Shown here: piece by piece, positions 1 through 7,947 of the stretch
Numbering within the stretch: the first letter of the stretch is position 1
Layout of the letters: the number at the start of each line of letters is the position of its first letter
Source: a candidate division WOR-3 bacterium
Lineage (GTDB): Bacteria > SDB-A
DNA: 33,117 bases
Assembly (NCBI GenBank): GCA_016934535.1
Contig: JAFGSQ010000003.1
Coordinates: 1 to 33,117, forward strand
Reading direction: 5' to 3'
Translations under genes and position numbers: made by a program
Notes under the pieces: generated by a model
Database searches by the model: none
The model's input: the letters and a program-made list of their open reading frames with translations, nothing else
What the model was told of the DNA's origin: nothing

Positions 1-37
1 AAAAAAGGCTTTTTTCGCAGGTGGAAAAGGAGGTCTG

Positions 38-1864
38 ATGAAGCCGAAGGAACAGATAAAGACAATTCTCGCGACTGACTGCGGATCCACCACTACAAAG
101 GCGATTCTCATTCAGAAAGACGACAAAGTAGGAAGGTACAGGCTCATCGTCAGAGGTGAAGCGCCGACGACCGTGGAATCACCGTTCGAAGACGTCACGA
201 TAGGCGTTCTCAATTCGGTAAAGGAAGTCGAAGAACTGGTCGACAGGAAAATCCTCGAAAATGATAAAATTATAAAGGACAGGTCCGAAAGCGAAGGCGT
301 AGACATATACATTTCTACTTCTTCGGCCGGAGGCGGTCTTCAGATGATGGTCGCCGGAGTTGTCAAGAACATGACGGCCGAATCCGCGGCGAGAGCAGCC
401 CTCGGAGCCGGCTCCATTGTCATGGACGTAATTGCAACGAACGACAAGCGCCTTCCGCACCAGAGGATAGAGAGAATAAGGAACCTCAGGCCGGACATGA
501 TACTTCTTTCCGGAGGCATTGACGGCGGGACGACAAAGCACGTCGCGGAACTCGCCGAGCTCATAGCCGCTGCAGATCCGAAACCCCGCTTCGGTTCGAC
601 TTTCAAACTTCCCGTCATATTCGCCGGAAACAAAGACGCCCGGGGGATGGTCGAGGAAAGACTTAAAGAAAAAACCGAACTTTTCATTGTCGACAACTTG
701 CGCCCTATTCTCGAAAGAGAAAATTTAAAACCGGCGAGGGACAAAATACACGACCTTTTTATGGAGCACGTAATGGCACAGGCGCCGGGATACAGAAAAC
801 TGATGTCCTGGACCGACGTCAGCATAATGCCTACGCCGGGAGCCGTCGGTCTGCTTATTGAGACAGTGGCCAAACAGGAGAACATACAGGTCATAGGCGT
901 CGACATAGGCGGCGCGACGACTGACGTATTCAGTGTTTTTGTAGACAAAACTGAAAAAAAACCCGTTTTCAACAGGACGGTATCGGCCAACCTCGGTATG
1001 TCGTATTCAATTTCCAACGTAATGGCTGAAGCCGGAATTCCAAACATAATGAGGTGGGTGCCGTTCAAGATGGACGAAAAAGACCTGAGGAACAGGATCC
1101 GCAACAAAATGATAAGACCGACGACGATACCCCAGACACTCGAAGAGTTGAAGGTCGAACAGGCCATTGCAAGAGAAGCGCTGAGGCTCGCATTCATCCA
1201 GCACAAATTCATGGCCGTCGGGTTAAAAGGAGTTCAGCAGGAGAGGACGATTTCCGACGCTTTCGATCAGGCGGCGACAGGAGTCTCTCTCGTCGACATG
1301 ATGAATCTGAACATGCTCATAGGCTCCGGAGGGGTCCTGTCACACGCACCGAGAAGAGCCCAGTCGGCTCTGATGATGATAGACGCTTTCCTGCCTGAAG
1401 GAGTGACGTTGCTCGCGGTCGACTCGATATTCATGATGCCGCACCTTGGAGTCCTTTCGACGGTCCATCCGGAAGCGGCGACGGAGGTATTCGACAACGA
1501 CTGTCTGATAAGATTAGGACACTGCATCGCACCGGTGGAGAAAAAGAAGAAAAAGCCGGGAGATTCATGTTTGCACATAAAATTCGAAAGCGGGAGGGAA
1601 GAATCCGTTGAATTCGGCACTCTCAAACTTTTTGAATTCCCGGAGGGCAAGAAGGAAAAAGCCGTGCTGTATCCCGACAGAAATTTTGACTTAGGCGCCG
1701 GCTTCGGGAAGGAAATAGAAACCGTCCTCGAAGGCGGAGTCGTCGGTCTGATAGTCGACACACGCGGAAGAAGACCTTTCGAGATAGCCAAGACTGACGA
1801 AGAACGCATAAATAAACTCAGCGCATGGAACAAAGCGCTCAACATATACCCGGACGAGAGGTGA
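38..1864 (+). CDS. glmL: GlmL/MutL (glutamate mutase L) family ASKHA-fold ATPase, 608 aa
   Basis: ASKHA phosphate-1 motif ATDCGSTTTKA, TSSAGGGL, LLSGGIDGG, FAGN and phosphate-2 motif GVDIGGATTDVFS. RBS AAAGGAGG upstream of the ATG. Confidence 0.85.
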   Translation: MKPKEQIKTILATDCGSTTTKAILIQKDDKVGRYRLIVRGEAPTTVESPFEDVTIGVLNSVKEVEELVDRKILENDKIIKDRSESEGVDIYISTSSAGGGLQMMVAGVVKNMTAESAARAALGAGSIVMDVIATNDKRLPHQRIERIRNLRPDMILLSGGIDGGTTKHVAELAELIAAADPKPRFGSTFKLPVIFAGNKDARGMVEERLKEKTELFIVDNLRPILERENLKPARDKIHDLFMEHVMAQAPGYRKLMSWTDVSIMPTPGAVGLLIETVAKQENIQVIGVDIGGATTDVFSVFVDKTEKKPVFNRTVSANLGMSYSISNVMAEAGIPNIMRWVPFKMDEKDLRNRIRNKMIRPTTIPQTLEELKVEQAIAREALRLAFIQHKFMAVGLKGVQQERTISDAFDQAATGVSLVDMMNLNMLIGSGGVLSHAPRRAQSALMMIDAFLPEGVTLLAVDSIFMMPHLGVLSTVHPEAATEVFDNDCLIRLGHCIAPVEKKKKKPGDSCLHIKFESGREESVEFGTLKLFEFPEGKKEKAVLYPDRNFDLGAGFGKEIETVLEGGVVGLIVDTRGRRPFEIAKTDEERINKLSAWNKALNIYPDER

Positions 1865-1867
1865 TTT

Positions 1868-2995
1868 ATGGCACACGCGTACACACCCGGACTGATGGTG
1901 ACGGAAAGAACCGTCCTGAGGAAAGAGAGAAGACTGCCTCTCAAAGGCAAAGTCGCGCTTGATAAAATTGGCACGGAGGTCAAGGCTCTGGACGTAGTCG
2001 CGAGAACTGAACTGCCGGGAAATGTCCTGCCCTTCAATCTTGCCGGAAAGCTCGGAACAGCGACGAGCGACGTAAAAAACGCGCTGAAAGTGGAAATTGG
2101 CGGAACTATAACAAAGGGCCAGATGATAGCCGAAACGAAAGGATTTATGGGGCTTTTCAAGGCTTCCGCGAGATCTCCGATAGACGGCACGCTCGAAAGT
2201 CTATCCGACGTCACGGGGCAGGCAATACTCAGGGAACCTCCACAGCCTGTCGAAAAAGACGCTTACATAGACGGAAAAATAGTCGAAATATTTCCGGAAG
2301 AAGGAGTCGTCGTCGAGACCGTATGTTCTTTCGTACAGGGTATTTTCGGAATAGGCGGAGAGACGAGAGGCGAGATATTTCCAATAGTCGGCGATCCGTC
2401 GGAGGAATTGACCGTCAATCACATTACTCCTGAATGCAAAGGCAAAATAGTCATTGGCGGATCGTTCTGCACTTCGGAAGTCATGAAAAAAGCCGCCGAG
2501 ACAGGAGTTAAGGCGATAGTCGTCGGAGGAGTGGATGATGAAGACCTTAAAAAATTCATCGGCTACGACATAGGCGTTGCCATTACGGGGCACGAAGACG
2601 TCGGACTGACTCTCGTGGTGACGGAAGGTTTCGGAAAAATAGCAATGGCAAAAAAGACTTTCAGGCTCCTATGCTCCAAAAAGGGATCCATGGCTTCAGT
2701 CAACGGCGCCACTCAGATAAGAGCCGGCGTCATGAGGCCGGAGGTCATCATCCCCATAAAACTTTCCGATGACGACAAAAAAATAGAATTCAAGGAATCG
2801 GGTATGATGGAAATTGGAACACTCGTCAGGATAATAAGGGAGCCCAATTTCGGCATGATAGGCGAAGTTTCGGAACTTCCACCCGAGCCGAGACAGATAG
2901 AGACGGAAGCCAAAGTCAGAGTTGTAAAGGTAAAGCTTCAGGACGGAAAGCAGGTACTTCTTCCGAGAGCCAACGTAGAACTCATTGAGGAGTAA
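1868..2995 (+). CDS. Conserved hypothetical GlmL-associated protein with barrel-sandwich-hybrid (biotinyl/lipoyl-like) motifs and a C-terminal KOW/SH3-like domain, 375 aa
   Basis: Starts 3 nt after the glmL stop. LKVEIGGTITKGQMIAE...ARSPIDGTLESL resembles a biotin/lipoyl carrier fold. C-terminal IGTLVRIIREPNFGMIGEV is KOW-like. No TM segment. Confidence 0.75.
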   Translation: MAHAYTPGLMVTERTVLRKERRLPLKGKVALDKIGTEVKALDVVARTELPGNVLPFNLAGKLGTATSDVKNALKVEIGGTITKGQMIAETKGFMGLFKASARSPIDGTLESLSDVTGQAILREPPQPVEKDAYIDGKIVEIFPEEGVVVETVCSFVQGIFGIGGETRGEIFPIVGDPSEELTVNHITPECKGKIVIGGSFCTSEVMKKAAETGVKAIVVGGVDDEDLKKFIGYDIGVAITGHEDVGLTLVVTEGFGKIAMAKKTFRLLCSKKGSMASVNGATQIRAGVMRPEVIIPIKLSDDDKKIEFKESGMMEIGTLVRIIREPNFGMIGEVSELPPEPRQIETEAKVRVVKVKLQDGKQVLLPRANVELIEE

Positions 2996-2997
2996 AC

Positions 2998-4161
2998 ATG
3001 ATTTTTAAAAAATTTATTCCGGCCGTTATCCTGGTCTTTTTGGGTTCGCTGACCTTGACCGGGTCTTCCGTGTGTGTTGAGGACGTGCCCGACGACGACG
3101 GCACGGCTCTTATAATCAGTTGGGAGCCGCCAGGAGACATTCCGGGATTTTTCATGTACAAAATATACAGAAAAGACTCTCCGGACGGAGAATTTATCCA
3201 GGTCGGGAAATCGAGTAAAATTGAAAATTGTGTTTTTGTTGACAGGGATCCGCGATATCCTCTTAATGCCGGCATGAATGTTGTATACAGAATAGTCGCT
3301 AATGACGAAGAAGGAAACGAAATTAAGGAAATAGGAGTTTCGGAAGTATTTTCCTCCTCACATTCATTTTTCAACGGGTCAAAAATCAACACTTTCATAG
3401 CTGTGACGTTTGTTTTTACCACATTGATTTCTTTTCTCACATTGGCTAAAAAAGATAAAAAACTTTTTATAAGAAAAATAGCGGGACTTGACGCTCTCGA
3501 TGAAGCAGTCGGAAGAGCGACTGAGATGGGCAGGCCTGTCCTTTACGTCCCCGGTCTTTCGACTATGGACGACATAGCGACCGTAGCCTCTATAAACATC
3601 TTGGGGCCTGTTGCAAAAAAAGTGGCCGAATATGAGACAAAGATTCTTGTTCCGAACAGGAATCCTATCGTCTACACAATAACACATGAGGTCGTCAAAG
3701 AGGCTTATCTTGAAGCGGGAAGACCCGATGCTTTTCAGGAGGACCAGGTCTTCTTTGTTTCTGAGAGTCAATTTGCATACGTAGCGGCTGTAAACGGTAT
3801 AATGATGAGGGAAAAACCCGCGACCAACCTGTTTTTAGGCATGTTCTGGGCAGAATCTCTTCTATTGGCTGAAACAGGAAACGCGACCGGAGCTGTCCAG
3901 ATTGCCGGAACAGACTCTGTGACACAATTGCCCTTCTTCGTAACTTCATGCGACTACACTCTGATAGGGGAGGAACTCTACGCAGCGAGCGCTTACCTCT
4001 CTCGTGATCCGGTCCTCGTCGGAACAATAAAGGCGCAGGATATTGAAAAAGCCATAATTCTTATCCTTCTCGTCCTACTTTCCATTTTAGCGATAATGAA
4101 TTTTAATTTAATTCGTTCAGATAATTTTTCAAGATTAATTATGTCTTTTTTTGGAACATAA
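2998..4161 (+). CDS. Module subunit A1: signal peptide + FN3-like domain + TM + DUF6754-like domain + TM, 387 aa
   Basis: N-terminal signal-like stretch, FN3-like DVPDDDG..LIISW..YKIYR..YRIVA, then TM, IRKIAGLDALDEAVGRATEMGRP, CDYTLIGEELYAASAYLS and a C-terminal TM. Confidence 0.8.
   Translation: MIFKKFIPAVILVFLGSLTLTGSSVCVEDVPDDDGTALIISWEPPGDIPGFFMYKIYRKDSPDGEFIQVGKSSKIENCVFVDRDPRYPLNAGMNVVYRIVANDEEGNEIKEIGVSEVFSSSHSFFNGSKINTFIAVTFVFTTLISFLTLAKKDKKLFIRKIAGLDALDEAVGRATEMGRPVLYVPGLSTMDDIATVASINILGPVAKKVAEYETKILVPNRNPIVYTITHEVVKEAYLEAGRPDAFQEDQVFFVSESQFAYVAAVNGIMMREKPATNLFLGMFWAESLLLAETGNATGAVQIAGTDSVTQLPFFVTSCDYTLIGEELYAASAYLSRDPVLVGTIKAQDIEKAIILILLVLLSILAIMNFNLIRSDNFSRLIMSFFGT
3463..4050 (+). 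repeat. Paralogous DNA repeat, copy 1 (copy 2 at 6806..7393)
   Basis: Colinear 588-nt segments with long identical runs, e.g. ctttttataagaaaaat, ggacttgacgctctcgatgaagc, aaagaggcttatcttgaagcggga. Confidence 0.85.
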
Positions 4162-4201
4162 ATATGGAGCGTTTTACACATATATCTAAAGGAGCAGGGA
4201 A

Positions 4202-4822
4202 ATGTTTTTAAAGAGGACTCTTCCCCTTCTCATAGTCTTTCTGCTCGGTCTGGCTATGATGATTCAGTTTTTCATACCACATCCTATCTCTCAGCAATTT
4301 TATGACAGCATGGCAGATTGGGTGAGGATTTCCGGAGCTTTCGCCTTGATACTCGGACTCGCCAGTTTTTTCTATGTTCATTCAAGAAAACTCGCCAGAA
4401 AAAACAAGGACAGTTTTTTCTCGGGAGTTGCCATGTTCTGTCTCATCGGGATGGCTGTTATAGGTATTTTCGGCAGAGGGGGAATAAACGGCTGGCTTTT
4501 CTCGAATCTGTATAGAAGTGTAAATGTATCTCTCGATGCGACCATGTTCTCTCTTCTTTCTTTTTACATAGCTTCAGCCGCGTTCAAAGCTTTTAAGGCG
4601 AGGAATGCCATGGCATTTGCCCTATTAGTGACGGCGGTCATAGTTATGTTGGGAAGAGTCTCTTTCGGAAGTTTTCTGGACGGAATCGTTGAGTGGATAA
4701 TGGTCTATCCGAACACTGCCGCTCAGAGAGGTATTATTCTCGGTATTGGTCTTGGAATGATAGCTACCTCACTGAAAATAATGCTTGGCATCGAGAGGTC
4801 CTATCTCGGAGGAGGAGACTGA
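4202..4822 (+). CDS. Module subunit B: polytopic membrane protein (about 6 TM), 206 aa
   Basis: Multiple hydrophobic segments. RBS AAGGAG upstream. Stop overlaps the next start (TGATG). Confidence 0.8.
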   Translation: MFLKRTLPLLIVFLLGLAMMIQFFIPHPISQQFYDSMADWVRISGAFALILGLASFFYVHSRKLARKNKDSFFSGVAMFCLIGMAVIGIFGRGGINGWLFSNLYRSVNVSLDATMFSLLSFYIASAAFKAFKARNAMAFALLVTAVIVMLGRVSFGSFLDGIVEWIMVYPNTAAQRGIILGIGLGMIATSLKIMLGIERSYLGGGD

Positions 4823-5700
4823 TGAAATTCTGGCTTTTCATGGACAAATTGGACAGGAGATGGCTGTTTTTACTGATCGGCCTTTCAGTTATTATCCCTT
4901 CCATAACTAATCTGAGGTTTCCCGTGACGACGACGCCCCCGACTCTAAACCTCTGGAATTTTGTGGACAGTTTGAAATACACAAAAAAGCCTTTGATTAT
5001 TATATGCGATTATTCTCCTTCAACGTCACCTGAACTCCAGCCGATGGCTCACGCACTTTTCAGACACGCTCTCGAAGCGGATATTCCTGTCATCCTTTAT
5101 GGAGGACTTTACACAGAGGGATTTGGACTCGCAAGAATAGCCGAAGAGACCGTCCTCGAGGAGATGAATTTTCACAAAGCAAACGGTGATTCCATAGTCT
5201 ATGGCAAAGACTATGTATTTTTACCATTTGTTCCAGGTGGTCTTGCAGTAATTGCAGGAATGGGAGAAGATTTCATAGGAACTTTCAGAGTTGATGCGCG
5301 GGGAGACAGTTTGAAATTAATGCCCATGATGGATAATGTCAGGAGACTCGAAGACATAGGTTTGATAGTTGATATTGCCGGGTCTGCTGTATCGAGGACC
5401 TGGATGGTCTATGCCGGAACGAGATACGGAACGCCTGTAGGAGTCGGAACTACTGCTGTAAGCGCCGCCGAATATTACACTTTCCTTCAGACCCGTCAAT
5501 TCGTCGGTATGCTGGGAGGAATGAAGGGCGCTGCTGAATACGAGGAACTCAATGCTAAGAGACTGAACATTGAGGTCAGAAAACAGGCAGGTATAGCCAT
5601 GGCTTCCCAGAATTTCGTCCACCTTTTGATAATCTTCATGGTAATACTCGGCAACATTTCCTTCTTCGTCCTCAAAAGAAACAGGGATAGGAGGTCCTGA
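4822..5700 (+). CDS. Module subunit C: TM + soluble alpha/beta domain + TM, 292 aa (start revised from 4693 to ATG 4822)
   Basis: GGAGGAG RBS and TGATG coupling at 4820-4824. The protein starts MKFWLFMDKLDRRWLF, has a central domain containing GMLGGMKGAAEYE, and ends with a TM and a basic tail. Confidence 0.8.
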   Translation: MKFWLFMDKLDRRWLFLLIGLSVIIPSITNLRFPVTTTPPTLNLWNFVDSLKYTKKPLIIICDYSPSTSPELQPMAHALFRHALEADIPVILYGGLYTEGFGLARIAEETVLEEMNFHKANGDSIVYGKDYVFLPFVPGGLAVIAGMGEDFIGTFRVDARGDSLKLMPMMDNVRRLEDIGLIVDIAGSAVSRTWMVYAGTRYGTPVGVGTTAVSAAEYYTFLQTRQFVGMLGGMKGAAEYEELNAKRLNIEVRKQAGIAMASQNFVHLLIIFMVILGNISFFVLKRNRDRRS

Positions 5701-6347
5701 TGCATCTTTCAACTAGCATTTGGGTTTGGATAGCGGCTTTCCTGACCCTTACAATTTATTCCTTTCTTTACAAGGACAATCCTCTCTACAGATTTGCCGA
5801 ACATGTTTTCGTAGGAGCTTCCGTCGGATGGTCAATTGCAATTGTCTGGCACATGACAGCTATTCCGTATATAGGCATTCCTTTGAGAGATGCCGTCATT
5901 CAGAGAAACTGGCCCGGATTTATCTACGTAGCAATACCGACATTACTTGGATCTCTCTATTTTTTCAGATTCTTTCCTAAACAGAGCTGGTTGGCAAGAT
6001 GGCCTATCGCCGTGATGATGGGATATTACTGCGGAATATCAATATCCCCGAGCATTGAAGCTAATATTTTTGCACAAGTTCAGGGGACTATTCTCACTGG
6101 TTTCAACCCTACCAGTTTGAATTCCTGGTGGGCTCTGCTTCTTCTCATTGGCGTCGTATCAACTCTCTTCTATTTTTTCTTTTCTCTCAAGCACGAAGGA
6201 TTTGTAGGAAAGACTTCGAAACTCGGAATATGGTTTGTCATGATAGCCTTCGGCGCCTCATTCGGTTACACAGTCATGGCGCGTGTCTCTCTTTTAATCG
6301 GCAGAATCCAGTTTCTTCTCCACGACTGGCTCGGAATTCTGAGATGA
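5700..6347 (+). CDS. Module subunit D: polytopic membrane protein (about 6 TM), 215 aa
   Basis: TGATG coupling at 5698-5702 and AGGAGG RBS. Motifs YSFLYKDNPLYRFAEHVFVG and FGASFGYTVMAR. Confidence 0.8.
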   Translation: MHLSTSIWVWIAAFLTLTIYSFLYKDNPLYRFAEHVFVGASVGWSIAIVWHMTAIPYIGIPLRDAVIQRNWPGFIYVAIPTLLGSLYFFRFFPKQSWLARWPIAVMMGYYCGISISPSIEANIFAQVQGTILTGFNPTSLNSWWALLLLIGVVSTLFYFFFSLKHEGFVGKTSKLGIWFVMIAFGASFGYTVMARVSLLIGRIQFLLHDWLGILR

Positions 6348-6355
6348 AGTGAAAC

Positions 6356-7507
6356 ATGAAAACTATACTAGGCTCAATAATCTTTTTGATGAGCTTTTCG
6401 GTTGTCTTCGGCGGTGTCACCGTCGAAGACGTTCCGAACGACGACGGATCGGCTCTATATGTAATCTGGAATCAGACAGATAATCCTGATGCCTCGGGTT
6501 ATATGGTCTACAGAAAAGATTCTCCCGAAACGGGATTTTTCATTTTATCAAGAATTGGATCGGTTGCCGAGACAGTATATGTTGATTATGATCCGCGGTA
6601 TCCTCTCGAAGCCGGAATGGATGTCTCCTACAAAATCGTTGCGATGTCTCAAGAAGAGGAAGAACTGGAAGTCATGGGCGAAAGTTCTGTCTTCAGCTCG
6701 TCCGCTTCCTTTTTTAACAAAACCAAGATTAACACATTCATTGCAACTGTTTTTGCCTTTATTCTCATAGTGTATTTTATAAATTCAGTAAAAAAAGGAA
6801 AAACACTTTTTATAAGAAAAATTGCTGGACTTGACGCTCTCGATGAAGCCGTCGGAAGAGCGACTGAAATGGGAAGACCCGTCCTTTACGTTTCAGGTCT
6901 TGGATACATGGAAGATATTGCTACTGTAGCTTCTATAAACATCCTGGGACCAGTCGCAAAAAAAGTAGCCGAATACGAGACAAAGATTATTGTTCCCAAT
7001 TTTGATCCTATTGTTTACACAGTCACATCCGAAGTCGTAAAAGAGGCTTATCTTGAAGCGGGAAAGCCCGACGCTTTCAATCCCGATCAGGTGTTCTTTA
7101 TCTCAGAACACCAGTTTGCTTATGTCGCCGCTGTAAACGGAATAATGCTCAGAGAAAAACCGGCGACTAATCTTTTTTTAGGCATGTTCTACGCCGAATC
7201 TCTTTTATTGGCTGAGACAGGAAACTCTACAGGTGCAATCCAGATAGCCGGAACAGACGCAGTAACACAACTTCCGTTTTTTATAACTTCCTGTGACTAT
7301 ACATTGATTGGCGAGGAACTCTATGCAGCGAGCGCGTATCTCTCGAAGGATCCTGTCCTCTGCGCGACTATCAAGGCACAGGACATTGAAAAAGGTTTGT
7401 TGATGATATTTCTCGTGTCTCTTTCGATACTTTCCATATTGAACGTATTCGTTTTCAAGTCAGACATAATCTGGAGGTTCATCTCGGCATTCTTCAGGGT
7501 AGAGTAA
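6356..7507 (+). CDS. Module subunit A2: close paralog of 2998..4161 (FN3-like + DUF6754-like), 383 aa
   Basis: C-terminal domain nearly identical to A1 (IRKIAGLDALDEAVGRATEMGRPVLYV...GEELYAASAYLS) and shared YDPRYPL/RDPRYPL in the N-terminal domain. Confidence 0.85.
   Translation: MKTILGSIIFLMSFSVVFGGVTVEDVPNDDGSALYVIWNQTDNPDASGYMVYRKDSPETGFFILSRIGSVAETVYVDYDPRYPLEAGMDVSYKIVAMSQEEEELEVMGESSVFSSSASFFNKTKINTFIATVFAFILIVYFINSVKKGKTLFIRKIAGLDALDEAVGRATEMGRPVLYVSGLGYMEDIATVASINILGPVAKKVAEYETKIIVPNFDPIVYTVTSEVVKEAYLEAGKPDAFNPDQVFFISEHQFAYVAAVNGIMLREKPATNLFLGMFYAESLLLAETGNSTGAIQIAGTDAVTQLPFFITSCDYTLIGEELYAASAYLSKDPVLCATIKAQDIEKGLLMIFLVSLSILSILNVFVFKSDIIWRFISAFFRVE
6806..7393 (+). repeat. Paralogous DNA repeat, copy 2 (copy 1 at 3463..4050)
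   Basis: Same length as copy 1 with no apparent indel. Many differences fall at third codon positions. Confidence 0.85.
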
Positions 7508-7616
7508 AAACAGTTGGTTAATTCTTGATTTAATGAAAAAAGTCACCTTAAAAGTGCCTGTTTTTGTTTCTGTTTTATGCTCAAAAAAAAGTAAAAAATC
7601 AGATCAGCTTGTTACC

Positions 7617-7821
7617 GAATATTAACCAAAGGACATATCAGAATTTATTTTTGATACTTTCTTGGTAGCGACAGAAAACTCAACAATGTTGGGCTTGTCT
7701 ACGAAATGGGAAGAGGAAAACTTTTTAGCCGTGGTAGATATCTCTCATTCTTTTTTTTAGCGTTACGATATTTTCATCTATGATGAAAAATCGGATTCGC
7801 GTCAATTCGCGGTTAATATTC
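7617..7821. ncRNA. Candidate structured RNA or element bounded by an 11-bp inverted repeat
   Basis: gaatattaacc (7617-7627) and ggttaatattc (7811-7821) enclose several hairpins, e.g. cgat-a-ttttcatc-tat-gatgaaaa-atcg (7766-7793). No family recognised. Confidence 0.25.
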
Positions 7822-7868
7822 TTTTCTTTTATTCGCCGATATCTTTGTTTTTTAAAGTTAATTGCTCA

Positions 7869-7896
7869 TTGATATTTGCCTTTTTAGATGTAGAAT
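7869..7896 (+). promoter_or_regulatory. Putative sigma70-type promoter for the second module
   Basis: TTGATA-N16-TAGAAT about 50 nt upstream of ATG 7948. The context is AT-rich, so a chance match is possible. Confidence 0.4.
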
Positions 7897-7947
7897 TTTA
7901 TAAATGGTGAAAATATTGATAACGAACCTTAAAATGTCCGCAAGAAA

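Noticed and set aside
38-1864. DNA mismatch-repair MutL interpretation
   Set aside because: Name collision only. The motifs are ASKHA-type, not GHKL-type.
340-2214. Long antisense ORFs 340..1212 (290 aa) and 1267..2214 (315 aa)
   Set aside because: They lie opposite well-supported + strand genes, are Ser/Phe-rich shadow translations and show no recognisable motifs.
4693-4821. Upstream extension of subunit C given by the ORF track
   Set aside because: It overlaps gene B by ~130 nt. The RBS and TGATG coupling point to ATG 4822.
7617-7821. Retron msr-msd or lysine-riboswitch interpretation of the inverted-repeat element
   Set aside because: There is no reverse transcriptase in the window and I did not recognise riboswitch consensus motifs. 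It is kept only as an unassigned candidate.
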